A DNA stretch of 64,000 bases from a virus: IMG/VR virus record IMGVR_UViG_3300049043_000133, positions 28,659 through 92,658 of that record, one strand, 5' to 3'. The translations under genes were made by a program, and so were the position numbers. The stretch's first letter is position 1. Every line of letters begins with the position of its first letter. Below the pieces are notes generated by a model that made no database searches, was not told where the DNA came from, and saw only the letters and a list, made by a program, of their open reading frames with translations. This document shows, piece by piece, positions 1-10,700 of the stretch.

Positions 1-9
1 TGAAATAAA

Positions 10-630
10 ATGATTGATAACTATAGTAAAACTCAAGATGGTATAATCTATCAGGTTGAAAGAAAACCTTTTGATTATACTGGTGCATATAATAATTATT
101 ATAAAGAAATTCAAGATTCAACAAGATACACATCTTATTTGAGATTGGGATATATTGTTGGTAGTATTGGATATACTCCAAAAAGTATTTTGGATGTTGG
201 TTATGGAACAGGAGCGTTTTTGCAGGCTTGTGAAACGGAGGTAAAAGAAAGATATGGACATGATATTTCTGGATGGGAAGTGCCATCTGGATGTACATTT
301 GTAGATAACATTTTAGAAAGTCATTATGATGTTATTACATTTTTTGATTCTTTAGAACATATGCATGACATTGAATTTGTTAAAGATCTGAATTGTAATT
401 ATGTTTGTATATCTGTTCCTGATTGTCATTATTTTGACGATGAATGGTTTGATAGTTGGAAACATAAAAAACCAGATGAACATCTTTGGCATTTTAATAA
501 AAACTCTCTGAAATCTTTTATGAACAGAATGGGATATTCCGTAGTCAACATGTGTAATTTGGAGGATATTACACGAATTAATAATCAAGAATATACAAAT
601 ATTCTTACTGGTGTTTTTAAAAAAGTATGA
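10..630 (+). CDS. class I SAM-dependent methyltransferase
   Basis: ILDVGYGTG motif I; YDVITFFDSLEH motif; HLWHF. Confidence 0.8.
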   Translation: MIDNYSKTQDGIIYQVERKPFDYTGAYNNYYKEIQDSTRYTSYLRLGYIVGSIGYTPKSILDVGYGTGAFLQACETEVKERYGHDISGWEVPSGCTFVDNILESHYDVITFFDSLEHMHDIEFVKDLNCNYVCISVPDCHYFDDEWFDSWKHKKPDEHLWHFNKNSLKSFMNRMGYSVVNMCNLEDITRINNQEYTNILTGVFKKV

Positions 631-1478
631 ATAAGAAAATTGCAGTGACAACATGGGTCACGGATGATTACTGTGACTTTATTGGTGTAGAAGAACTTAA
701 AAATTCTTTTAAATATTTTCATCCAGATGTTGACTTCTTCGTATTTGATACAAAGATGACTGAAGAAGCAAAACAAAAAGACCCTTGGTTAAATCCAGTA
801 TGGATGATGCCACCTAGTTGTCTTCCTTTTGTTGATGAATATGATATGGTTGTGCATATTGATGGGGATTGTGTTGTCACTGGACCTCTTACTGAATTGT
901 TCGAAAGCACCGAAGATCTAATAGGAGTTAGAAATAATAATTCTTTTAACAAAGCAAGTTCTCATAAAGGTATTACAATCGCACATCTTCCTCCCTATGG
1001 TCAAGGGCATCTTATCCCAGTTCAAAATTTTATTAATGCTGGACTAATAGCATCAAATAATAAAGAGTTTTGGTATGAATGGCATGAATTAAATCACCAA
1101 GCATATAAAATTAAGACAGAAGTAAATCCATATTTCCATGGTCTCGGTGATGAACAAGATACTCTAAACCAAATATTTCATAGTGGTAAGTATTCGTCAA
1201 AAATTATTGATGCAATCGGAACTGGATTATCTTATGGATTATGTAATACTTGGGGAGATCAAACTCATTGGGATAGTTGGGATCATCTTTATGTTGAAAA
1301 TGGTGAATTGTATCTTGACGATCCTGTAGATAATGCTAAAATGAAAGTAAAGGTTTTGCACCAAGCAGGTGGGTCTTTGGCAGGAGAGTTAAATAGAAAG
1401 CATGGAACATTTAGAAATTGGTTAAAGTCTACCCTAAAGGGAGATGTTCTTAATTACGTAAATAAGGTATCAAAATGA
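627..1478 (+). CDS. putative GT-A glycosyltransferase (GT8-like)
   Basis: VVHIDGDC DxD motif, FINAGL, GDEQDTLN. Confidence 0.65.
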   Translation: MNKKIAVTTWVTDDYCDFIGVEELKNSFKYFHPDVDFFVFDTKMTEEAKQKDPWLNPVWMMPPSCLPFVDEYDMVVHIDGDCVVTGPLTELFESTEDLIGVRNNNSFNKASSHKGITIAHLPPYGQGHLIPVQNFINAGLIASNNKEFWYEWHELNHQAYKIKTEVNPYFHGLGDEQDTLNQIFHSGKYSSKIIDAIGTGLSYGLCNTWGDQTHWDSWDHLYVENGELYLDDPVDNAKMKVKVLHQAGGSLAGELNRKHGTFRNWLKSTLKGDVLNYVNKVSK

Positions 1479-2179
1479 CAGTTTTAAATTTTAAAGATAT
1501 TCGTGGAAACGAAATAAATCTATCTTTATCTGAAAATTATAAGAGCCACGCATTTGCCCAACATTCTTGTGTTGGTGCAATTGTTCAGCAGTTTGATCAA
1601 GACTTTTATTATTTTCTTAAGGAGCAAGATGATCTGAATGTAATTGATCTTGGCGCAAATATTGGATTGTTTTCTCTATATGCATCTCCGATTGCAGAAA
1701 AAATTTATGCGGTGGAACCAACTCCTTCGCATTTTTCTCTTCTTAAAGAATTGGTTGAGTTGACAGGAAAGACTAATATTGATCCGCTAAATCTTGCTAT
1801 TGGATTAGAAGATGGTGAAGCAGAGTTTTTCGTTCATGACGGAAATTCTACAATGAATTCTTTTGTTAAACACACCACCAATCCCCACAGTGAAACTAGT
1901 GTTCTAGTTCAAACCAAAACACTTAATAGTTTGATTAATTCTTTGGGTCTTGATAGGGTTGGGTTTGTAAAAATGGATATTGAGGGATTTGAAAATCAAG
2001 TAATTTTTGAACCTTCTTTTGAAGAAGCAGTAAGCAAGATTGATGCAATGTACGTTGAAGTGCATGATTTTGAAGAAGCAGGTAAAATGCAATTAAACTT
2101 TAATCGAATAAAGGAACAATTTATTTCTTGGGGAAAAACTGTAGAAAAATTACAGTTTGATGGTATGTTTGTATATTGA
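1475..2179 (+). CDS. FkbM-family methyltransferase
   Basis: VIDLGANIG, YAVEP, VKMDIEGFE motifs. Confidence 0.9.
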   Translation: MTVLNFKDIRGNEINLSLSENYKSHAFAQHSCVGAIVQQFDQDFYYFLKEQDDLNVIDLGANIGLFSLYASPIAEKIYAVEPTPSHFSLLKELVELTGKTNIDPLNLAIGLEDGEAEFFVHDGNSTMNSFVKHTTNPHSETSVLVQTKTLNSLINSLGLDRVGFVKMDIEGFENQVIFEPSFEEAVSKIDAMYVEVHDFEEAGKMQLNFNRIKEQFISWGKTVEKLQFDGMFVY

Positions 2180-2183
2180 TTAA

Positions 2184-2801
2184 ATGAAAAAACTTTATCG
2201 TAGACTTCTTGATATTTGTTATAAAAACAAATTACATCACCTTGGAAGTTATTTTTCATCACTTCAAGTTCTTGATAACATTTATAAAAATATGAATAAA
2301 GATGATATCTTTATTCTTTCTAATGGTCATGCTGTAGTGGCACTATATGTAATATTGGAAAAATATTATGGATTAGATGCTCAAGAACTTCTTGATAAGT
2401 ATGGAGAGCATCCAAAAAGAAATGAACTAGATAAGATTTTTTGTTCTACAGGAAGTCTTGGAATGGGAATTACTGTAGCAGTGGGTAGGGCATTGGCAAA
2501 TCCTAAGAGAAATGTTTATTGTATGATCTCTGATGGTGAATGTGCTGAAGGATCCGTATGGGAAGCACTTAGATTTTCGAATGATTATGGAATAAAAAAT
2601 TTGCAGATTTATGTAAATGCTAATGGGTGGGCAGCATATGATCCTGTAAATCTAATTCTTTTGGAAGATCGAATTAGAGCATTCAATCCTTCAGTTAAAT
2701 TTTGTAGAACATCAGTAGAGCACTTTGGACTAAAGGGTTTGGATGCACACTACACTAACTTTACAGAAGAGCAATATCAGGAGGCAATTGAGTTATTATG
2801 A
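2184..2801 (+). CDS. transketolase-like protein, N-terminal (ThDP-binding) subunit
   Basis: HLGS, LSNGH, STGSLGMG, SDGECAEGSVWEA...N ThDP-binding motif. Confidence 0.85.
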   Translation: MKKLYRRLLDICYKNKLHHLGSYFSSLQVLDNIYKNMNKDDIFILSNGHAVVALYVILEKYYGLDAQELLDKYGEHPKRNELDKIFCSTGSLGMGITVAVGRALANPKRNVYCMISDGECAEGSVWEALRFSNDYGIKNLQIYVNANGWAAYDPVNLILLEDRIRAFNPSVKFCRTSVEHFGLKGLDAHYTNFTEEQYQEAIELL

Positions 2802-3268
2802 GACGTAGATTTCAAGAACTTCTTACTGAAGAAATGAAAACAAATGAAGACATTGTTCTTCTTGTTGGTGATGTTGGTTATAAAGTATTTGATCATTTGC
2901 GAGAGGAATTTCCAAGACGTGTAATTAATCCTGGAGCTGCTGAGCAACTAATGATTGGTATGGGTGTTGGTCTTGCTTTGGACGGAAAAATCCCTGTTTG
3001 TTATTCCATCACCCCGTTTGTTTTGTATCGCCCATTTGAGTTTATCAGAAACTATTTGCATCACGAGCAAATTCCTGTTAAACTGGTAGGAAGTGGTCGT
3101 GATGATGACTATGGACCTTGTGGGTTTTCTCACTATGCGTGTGAAGATACAAAGGTATTGGGGGCACTCCCAAATATTGAAGTATTCCGTCCTCAATCAG
3201 CAGATGAAGTTGATATTAAAAAATTCCTATATTCAGGTAAACCATCATACATTAATTTAAAACGATGA
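2798..3268 (+). CDS. transketolase-like protein, pyrimidine-binding subunit (short, no C-terminal domain)
   Basis: NPGAAEQLMIGMGVGLAL, RPFEFIRN, GFSH, PSYINL; overlaps previous gene (ATGA). Confidence 0.85.
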   Translation: MRRRFQELLTEEMKTNEDIVLLVGDVGYKVFDHLREEFPRRVINPGAAEQLMIGMGVGLALDGKIPVCYSITPFVLYRPFEFIRNYLHHEQIPVKLVGSGRDDDYGPCGFSHYACEDTKVLGALPNIEVFRPQSADEVDIKKFLYSGKPSYINLKR

Positions 3269-4087
3269 AAATTTTATTCACTGGTAGTCGTGGTAATCTT
3301 GGTAAAGAACTTATTCCTCTTCTTGAGGAAGATCACTTAGTTCATTACTGTGATATTGATTATGCTAATTTTGATTGTGTAAATTCTTTCTTTCGCAATA
3401 GAGAGATTGATTTTATAATTCACGCGGCTATTCGTGGTGGTCGTAGAGTTCGTGCTGATATTGCAGATGATTTCTATAACAATATGATGATGTTTGAGTG
3501 CTTAGCATCTCAAAATGTTCCGATGATTAATTTGTGTAGTGGTGCTGCATATGGTCGTAAAGATGATATTATGTCTGCATCAGAAAAAGATTTTGGAAAA
3601 AGAATTCCTGATGACTATTATGGATTTTCAAAGTATTTGATTACTCATAGGTCTCGCCAGTTAAATCACGTATATAACTTGAGATTTTTTAATATCTTTG
3701 GAAAACATTCTCCGAAAGATATGTTTACTACTGCTAATATTCTTAATTACATTCATAAGAGAGAAATTGTTATCTTTAAAGATAAGTTTATGGACTTTTT
3801 TGGTGTTCTTGATGCTAAAAAAGTAATAGACCTTTATCTTGACGGCAAGAAAAATCTTCCCGCAAGAAGTCAATCTTGTTTATCCAGAAACTACTAAACT
3901 TTCTGAAGTTGCGGAAATGATTAATGATCTTTCCGATTATAAAGTTCCTATTGATGTTCTTGAATCTGGATTTGATAAAGCATACTGCGGAAATAGTCAA
4001 TATCTTAATAGTCTTGGAATTGAGTTTGGTGGACTAAAAAAATCACTTGAATATTGTTATAATAGTTTTGTAGATAATGTCAAATAA
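3265..4087 (+). CDS. NAD-dependent sugar epimerase/dehydratase (extended SDR); frameshift near 3860
   Basis: TGSRGNLG Rossmann motif, YGFSK YxxxK, LRFFNIFG; continues in ORF 3839..4087. Confidence 0.8.
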
Positions 4088-4805
4088 AGTTTGCTTAATA
4101 TATCAACCTTTGGGATTGGGCGATATATTTTGGGTTCAACAAATTATCGATACTATTATCTCTGATGGATATGTCGTCTATTATCCAGTAGGAAGCGTTT
4201 ATTATGATATTGTTTCCTCTTATATTTCTAAGAAAAATTTAATTTGGGTAAAAGAAACTGATGAATTCCCATTGAAACAATATTATGGGCAAGTCAATTT
4301 TCACCAAACTGAAAATGAATTATATGTTCCTTTAAGTTATGCAGATAGGTATGTTCCCAATGCATCTGTAATGATTTCAAAGTATTATTTTCTTTCCATT
4401 CCCATTGGGGATTATCGTAAGCATTTTTCAATTAAAAGAAATAATAAGAGAGAAAAAGAATTAATTCAAAAATATGAATTGGATGGAGATTATATCTTAG
4501 TAAATTCTTCTTTTGGTACTGAGCATCAGAAAAGAGATCTTGAAATTAAATCTGATTCAAAAATTCATTATATGGACATTCAGCAAGATCGTGAGAATGG
4601 ATTTCATATCTTTGATTGGATTATGGCTCTTGAAAATGCAAAAGAAATTCATACCGTTGAAACTTCCTTATGTTATTTGATAGATAAGTATTGTGAAAGT
4701 AATGAATTACATATGTACGAAAAAAGGACTTCTTCGCAACCTAATACATATTATAACAATGTAAATTTGGTTTACCGCAATTCAAATTGGATTTATGAAA
4801 ATTGA
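4077..4805 (+). CDS. hypothetical glycosyltransferase-like protein
   Basis: QPLGLGDIF N-terminus and IFDW...ENAKEIHTVETS resemble GT9-like folds; cluster context. Confidence 0.45.
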   Translation: MSNKVCLIYQPLGLGDIFWVQQIIDTIISDGYVVYYPVGSVYYDIVSSYISKKNLIWVKETDEFPLKQYYGQVNFHQTENELYVPLSYADRYVPNASVMISKYYFLSIPIGDYRKHFSIKRNNKREKELIQKYELDGDYILVNSSFGTEHQKRDLEIKSDSKIHYMDIQQDRENGFHIFDWIMALENAKEIHTVETSLCYLIDKYCESNELHMYEKRTSSQPNTYYNNVNLVYRNSNWIYEN

Positions 4806-5166
4806 AGTATCTGTTGGTGAGATAGTTGATAAGTTTACTATTTTAGAAATAAAAGAAGAGCACTGCCTTGATCCATCTAAAATAATAAACATACAAAAAG
4901 AATTAAACTACTTAAAAGATGTAGTTGATGAGTTAAAAATTCCTGAGAAATTGGTAGATAATCTTCGAGAAGTAAATAGAAAACTGTGGAAGATTGAAGA
5001 TGATATTAGACTTTGTGAGAGCAAATGGAAATTTGATGATGATTTTATTCAACTTGCAAGATCAGTTTATTATACAAATGATAAAAGATTTGAAATAAAA
5101 AATAAAATTAACTCTCTAGTTGAGAGTAATTTTAGAGAAGAAAAAATACTTCCAAAGTATACTTGA
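4795..5166 (+). CDS. conserved hypothetical protein (DUF6165-like)
   Basis: IEVSVGEIVDKFTILEIK, LWKIEDDIR, ARSVYYTNDKR. Confidence 0.7.
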   Translation: MKIEVSVGEIVDKFTILEIKEEHCLDPSKIINIQKELNYLKDVVDELKIPEKLVDNLREVNRKLWKIEDDIRLCESKWKFDDDFIQLARSVYYTNDKRFEIKNKINSLVESNFREEKILPKYT

Positions 5167-5167
5167 T

Positions 5168-6723
5168 ATGAAAGTAGTTATCCCAATGTCAGGAATGAGC
5201 AGTAGATTTTCTTCTGCTGGGTATAAAATTCCAAAATACTTAATTGAAGTTGATGGTAGACCTGTTATTGAACATATTGTAAATTTGTATCCTAAAGATA
5301 CGAAGTTTGCTTTTATCCTTAACGAAGAGCATCATAAAAATACAAATATTGTTGAGGTATTACAGTCAATTACAAAGACACCTTTGATCGTTGTTATTCC
5401 CCAGCATAAAAAAGGACCAGTGTATAGTGTTTCTGAAGAAAACTGGTTGATTGATGATGAGGAACAAGTCATTGTCAATTATTGTGATTTTTCAATGTAT
5501 TGGGATTATAATCATTTTGAACAATTTGTAAATGAAACGGATTGTGATGGATGCGTGGTTTGTTATACTGGATTTCATCCACATATGTTGGGAAGTGATA
5601 ACTATGCTTTCTGTAAAGTTGATGAAGATAATAAAATTTTAGATATTAGAGAGAAGCAACCATTTACAGATAACAAGATGTCTGAGTTTGCTTCTACTGG
5701 AACATATTATTTTAAGAAAGGAAAGTACATTAAAAAGTATTTCAAGCAATTGATGGATGAAGATTTAAACATCAATGGTGAGTATTATGTAAGCCTTGTA
5801 TATAATCTTTTGATTAGAGATGATCTAGACAATCTTGTTTATGAAGTTCCGCATATGCTTCAATGGGGAACTCCATTTGATCTTGATATCTACAATAGTT
5901 GGTCTGACTATTATCGTAAGGCACTGGAAGGGCAGAAGCAAGTTAAATTGGAAAACTGCACTCTTGCACTTCCAATGGCAGGCGCCGGTAGTCGTTTTTC
6001 AAAAGAAGGATATGACTGCACCCAAACCATTTCATTCAGGTTAATGGTAAGAATATGGTAGAGCAAGCAGTTCGTTGCTTACCAGAAACTGACGAAGTAA
6101 TTTATGCCTGTTTAAAAGGACACCAATCTCCTGGTCAAAATACTGTATGGATTGATGATGTTCTTGAAGGGCAGGCTTGCACTACAGAAAGAATTGTAAA
6201 TGTAATTGATCCCGATAATTCTATTCTTGTATCTGCTTGTGATAATGGTGTGTTTTATGATGCAGATAAGTTTTTAGATTTGGTGAATGATGAAGAAAAT
6301 GATATAATTGTATGGACTTATAGGAATAATCATACAAGTCACTTACAACCAAATGCATATTCTTGGGTAAACTGTGATAGTGATGGCAATGTAAGTCGTG
6401 TTGATGTTAAAAACTTTACGGGAACAGATCCCGTAAAAGAATTTGCAATTGTTGGAACAATGTTCTTCCGATCGAGAGAAGTGTTTTTTGCATCATTAAA
6501 ATCACTATATGATAATGATGTTAGAACCAATGGAGAATTTTATGTTGATAGTATGCTTAATGAAGCAATATCTCTTAAATATAAAGTAAAGAATTTTGAA
6601 ATCGACAATTATATTTGTTGGGGAACCCCTAACGATTTAAAAACATATCAATATTGGCAAAGATTTTTTGATAAAGTTGATTGGCATCCTTATGAATATA
6701 CAAAAGACTATTTTACCAATTGA
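5168..6723 (+). CDS. tandem two-domain sugar nucleotidyltransferase; frameshift near 6020
   Basis: two copies of PMxGxxSRF...PK, NGE(Y/F)YV and WGTP; ORFs 5120..6061 and 6055..6723 join. Confidence 0.75.
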
Positions 6724-7795
6724 GTACTGGAACTCTGGAAGAACAAGACTATTAAAGGAAAAAGACGAGAATGGTAGAGATATAGAAGTTGCTTATTTCT
6801 TTACTTGCCAGTTTACGGGACTTTCAAAACATTATCCCCAACCATTAATATTCTCTTATCAGACGCAAAGATTAACTCTTCCTACTAAAGAGATGTTTAT
6901 GTCTTTGGGTAGAGGAACAGTCTATGAAGAGACGATGGAATATGAAGTAGAACTTCCTTTTCATTTTAAAAACTTCTGTTCCATTCCAGTATTTTACTTC
7001 GTGTATAATATGGCAAACTATTATCACTTCATCTATGATACCTTGCCATACTTGTATTCATACTTTAATGAAAAGGAAATACACCCAGACCTTAAACTTC
7101 TTGTAAGTCCCCCAGAGGGAAAGGAAGATCTTTATCCATTTGTATGGGAGTGTTTAGAACTTCTTGGTATTCGTAAAAAGGACGTTGTATTTTTAAACCC
7201 AGAAACTCTTTATAATACTGTTGTAGTTGGGTCTTCCTTGACCCACAATGGTCTTTCAAATACACCTCCACATTCTGGTGTATTTGATATTATCAATCGT
7301 ATGAAGGGTGAATATCAAGGACCAGAAAAGATTTATATCTCTCGTCGCACCTGGTTACATAATAACTTTGATAATATTGGAACAAATTATACTGAACGTC
7401 GTCGTTGTGTAAATGAAGATGAAGTAGCAGAACTTTTTAAGTCATATGGATATGAAGAAGTCTTCTGTGAAAATATGACGATGAAAGAGAAGATTGGTCT
7501 CTTTAACTCTGCCAAATATGTTGCTGGACCTATCGGTGGTGGGATGTGTAATGTAATCTTCTCTCCACCAGAGACAAAGGTTATTTCTATCAATAGTCCT
7601 TTGTTCTTTGATATCAATACACGTTTTGAATATTCAATGATGCATACACAACTACATCATTTTAATGACACTGAATTTGTGGAAAAGGTTGATGAAAGTG
7701 TAGAAAGTGAAGGTTCTCTTTCTATTTCTGGTGGTCTAAACTCCCCTTGGAAGGTTGATCTAAATACCCTAGAAACTTTTATTAAAGATGTCTGA
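6692..7795 (+). CDS. glycosyltransferase family 61-like
   Basis: NYYHFIYDTLP, KIYISRR, RRCVNEDEV, GPIGGGMCNVIF. Confidence 0.8.
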   Translation: MNIQKTILPIEYWNSGRTRLLKEKDENGRDIEVAYFFTCQFTGLSKHYPQPLIFSYQTQRLTLPTKEMFMSLGRGTVYEETMEYEVELPFHFKNFCSIPVFYFVYNMANYYHFIYDTLPYLYSYFNEKEIHPDLKLLVSPPEGKEDLYPFVWECLELLGIRKKDVVFLNPETLYNTVVVGSSLTHNGLSNTPPHSGVFDIINRMKGEYQGPEKIYISRRTWLHNNFDNIGTNYTERRRCVNEDEVAELFKSYGYEEVFCENMTMKEKIGLFNSAKYVAGPIGGGMCNVIFSPPETKVISINSPLFFDINTRFEYSMMHTQLHHFNDTEFVEKVDESVESEGSLSISGGLNSPWKVDLNTLETFIKDV

Positions 7796-8453
7796 AATAC
7801 TAGAACTGGCAAGAGAAATTAGTGACTACACCATCTGTGGTGAAGGAAACGTTTCTATGCGTAAAAGTGAAAATACTTTTGTAATTAAGGCAAGCGGAAC
7901 AAGTCTTCATACATTGTCCGATGAAGATATGACTTTATGCAATGTTCGTGGAGTTCAAATAGAACTTTTACAAAAAAAACCAAGCATTGAAACTTCTTTT
8001 CATGCTTGGATTATGAGAACCTTTCCAGATATAAATTTTATTGCTCACACTCATCCGCCAAATACTACAAAGATTTTATGTTCTAATCAATTATATCAAT
8101 TTGCTAACCGCAGATGGTTCCCTGATCAAATAGTTAGAAATGGTACAAAATCTTGTGTAGTACCTTATGCTCCACCAGGAGAAGCAATTTTAAAATTAGT
8201 TGAAGAATATGTTTCGCGGTTTGTAAATCGTGAAGGATATTTTCCTAAATTGATACTTCTTCAAAATCATGGTATAATCACAGCATCTGCATCTAAAAAA
8301 GATTGTGCAGCTTCTACCTTAATGTGTGAAAAGTCTGCCGATATCTTTATTGGAGCAAGACTTTTAGGAGGAGTTAAATTCTTAACAAAACAAGAAGTTG
8401 CTGATGTTGATACTTGCCCAAATGAAAATTACAGGAGAAATATGTATCAATGA
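7788..8453 (+). CDS. class II aldolase/adducin-family protein
   Basis: GEGNVS, KPSIETSFH, HTHP, LLQNHG metal-binding motifs. Confidence 0.85.
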   Translation: MSEILELAREISDYTICGEGNVSMRKSENTFVIKASGTSLHTLSDEDMTLCNVRGVQIELLQKKPSIETSFHAWIMRTFPDINFIAHTHPPNTTKILCSNQLYQFANRRWFPDQIVRNGTKSCVVPYAPPGEAILKLVEEYVSRFVNREGYFPKLILLQNHGIITASASKKDCAASTLMCEKSADIFIGARLLGGVKFLTKQEVADVDTCPNENYRRNMYQ

Positions 8454-8761
8454 AAGTCATTTATGTTGATATTGATGAAACTATTTGTCATCGTGAAACT
8501 TCTGTTGACTTTGGGACAACACATGATTATACCAAAGCAAAACCAATAAAGGAAAACATAGAAAAAATCAATAAACTTTATGATGAGGGGCATACAATAG
8601 TTTATTGGACTGCTCGTGGTTCTAGAAAACAAATTGATTGGACTGAACTTACTGCAAAACAACTTGCAGAGTGGGGGGCAAAATATCATGAGTTGAGAGC
8701 AGACAAACCATTTTATGACTTGTTTATTGAAGATAAAGCATTGAGGATTGAAGAACTGTGA
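8450..8761 (+). CDS. small HAD-superfamily phosphatase (capsule-biosynthesis type)
   Basis: VDIDETI motif I, WTARG motif II, KP.YDLFIEDK. Confidence 0.8.
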   Translation: MKVIYVDIDETICHRETSVDFGTTHDYTKAKPIKENIEKINKLYDEGHTIVYWTARGSRKQIDWTELTAKQLAEWGAKYHELRADKPFYDLFIEDKALRIEEL

Positions 8762-9198
8762 TTATTATTTCGCATCGTGGTAATATAAAAGGGCCAGTTC
8801 CAGATAAAGAAAATCGCCCAAGTTATATTGATTGTGCAATTGGAAATGGATATCATGTAGAAATCGATGTTCGTTCTATTGATGGTGAATTGTGGTTAGG
8901 TCATGATGAACCACAATATAAAGTTGATCATAACTGGTTAGATAAGCGTAGACAATATCTTTGGTTGCATTGTAAAAATCTTGAAGCAGCAAAAGAATGT
9001 TGGGCATATCATTCTTTTTGTCACACATCTGATCCATTTACTTATACTTCAACTGGTCAAATATGGTTGCATGATTTGTCTATGAGAATTGGTAGTAATT
9101 CAATTATTCCTTTAATTGATAAGGACGAAGTTGAAGCATTTGTGTCAGTTGGTGAAAACCCTTTTGGCATCTGCACAGATTATCCACATTTATTTTAA
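8758..9198 (+). CDS. GDPD/PI-PLC-like phosphodiesterase
   Basis: ISHRGN, EN, VEIDV, LGHD, HCKN, GICTD. Confidence 0.75.
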   Translation: MIIISHRGNIKGPVPDKENRPSYIDCAIGNGYHVEIDVRSIDGELWLGHDEPQYKVDHNWLDKRRQYLWLHCKNLEAAKECWAYHSFCHTSDPFTYTSTGQIWLHDLSMRIGSNSIIPLIDKDEVEAFVSVGENPFGICTDYPHLF

Positions 9199-9207
9199 AG
9201 TATTGAT

Positions 9208-9954
9208 ATGACACGTATTGCTCTTTGTTATTCGGGTAGACCTAGAAGTATTTTAGAGTGCTTTGACAATCATAAAGAACATTTTAGATTGGGACAAGAT
9301 AACGTTGATGTCTTTGCCCATCTTTGGTTTGATGATGATTTGGTAGGATCGCAATTTAGATCTGATGTTGGACAGGGAACTTGGCCAGATTCTTCTGTTA
9401 AAGAATGGATAGAAGAAAACTGGAAACCTAAAAAAATAGTATATGAAAAACCGAAATCTTTTGAATCTTTGTTTGAGCAAAGTTGGAATCCGCAGTGGCC
9501 GTTCGCACATCCAAAAGACAATCAAATTTCCATGTTTTATGGAATTGAAAAGGTAATGAATCTTAAAAAAGAATACGAACAAGAAAATGGTTTTAAATAC
9601 GACTATGTTGTACGTATGAGAACCGACCTAACATTCTTACAATCACCTGGCGAATTTGAAACTTATAATCAGGATAATCTTCATGTCTTTAATGTTATTC
9701 CCGGTATAGATTGGATCGAAACTAAAGTTAAAGACTTTGCAATTCTTGATATTGTTGCTTGGGGAGGATCTGAAGTTATGGATAAGTATGGATTCGCATA
9801 TTCTAATTTGGAAACAATTATCAATTCTGGATGTCCAACCTTTACACCAGATGCAATTTTGGGGTATAATGCTGTTAAAGTAAACAATTTAAACGTTCAG
9901 AAACATCCTTGGAAGTTTAAAATTTTTGTGGGAAATTCGATTTATCAAAATTAA
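9208..9954 (+). CDS. putative glycosyltransferase
   Basis: IALCYSGRPR, DVFAHLW, SMFY, YDYVVRMRTD. Confidence 0.6.
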   Translation: MTRIALCYSGRPRSILECFDNHKEHFRLGQDNVDVFAHLWFDDDLVGSQFRSDVGQGTWPDSSVKEWIEENWKPKKIVYEKPKSFESLFEQSWNPQWPFAHPKDNQISMFYGIEKVMNLKKEYEQENGFKYDYVVRMRTDLTFLQSPGEFETYNQDNLHVFNVIPGIDWIETKVKDFAILDIVAWGGSEVMDKYGFAYSNLETIINSGCPTFTPDAILGYNAVKVNNLNVQKHPWKFKIFVGNSIYQN

Positions 9955-9956
9955 TT

Positions 9957-10700
9957 ATGAACAGAATAACTGATTACACAAATTTAAAAAATAGAATAGT
10001 ATCTTGGTTGGGTGATTATGTTGTAGAAAATCCGTCAATCAAATCCTTTGTGGTTGGAGTATCAGGTGGAATTGATTCTGCAGTAGTTTCTACTCTTGCA
10101 GCATCAACTGGGTTACCAACCTATGTATTGGGAATGCCCATACATCAAAATTCAGAACAAGAGGATTTATCTGATTCGCATTTAGAGTGGTTGCAAACCA
10201 ACTTTGATAACGTAATCGTACAAAAATATAATTTGACTGATGTATTTGAAACATTCAAATGCACTATGAAAGAATTTGGATCTGATAATCACGCTCTTGC
10301 TAATAGTCGTTCCCGTCTCAGAATGGTAACTCTTTATCAAGTTGCTGGTTCTGTTGGTGGATTGGTCGTGGGAACTGGTAATAAAGTAGAAGATTATGGT
10401 GTAGGATTTTATACTAAATATGGTGACGGTGGGGTTGATATTGCCCCCATTGCAGATCTCTACAAGACTGAAGTGTGGGAACTTGGAAAATTCTTGGGTA
10501 TTGATTCAAGAATTGTCAATGCTAAACCAACCGATGGTCTTTGGGATGATGGAAGAACCGATGAAGATCAACTCGGTGCTTCATATACTGAACTTGAAGA
10601 AGCTATGGAAACGGGATCTGGTCCAGGTCTTGACTCTCTGATTAAGTTTAGTAAAATGAATCAGCATAAAATGAACCCCATTCCTACATTCAAACTATGA
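9957..10700 (+). CDS. nadE: NH3-dependent NAD+ synthetase
   Basis: SGGIDS PP-loop, NSRSRLRM, GTGNKVE, GFYTKYGDG, PIADLYKTEV, PTDGLW. Confidence 0.92.
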   Translation: MNRITDYTNLKNRIVSWLGDYVVENPSIKSFVVGVSGGIDSAVVSTLAASTGLPTYVLGMPIHQNSEQEDLSDSHLEWLQTNFDNVIVQKYNLTDVFETFKCTMKEFGSDNHALANSRSRLRMVTLYQVAGSVGGLVVGTGNKVEDYGVGFYTKYGDGGVDIAPIADLYKTEVWELGKFLGIDSRIVNAKPTDGLWDDGRTDEDQLGASYTELEEAMETGSGPGLDSLIKFSKMNQHKMNPIPTFKL

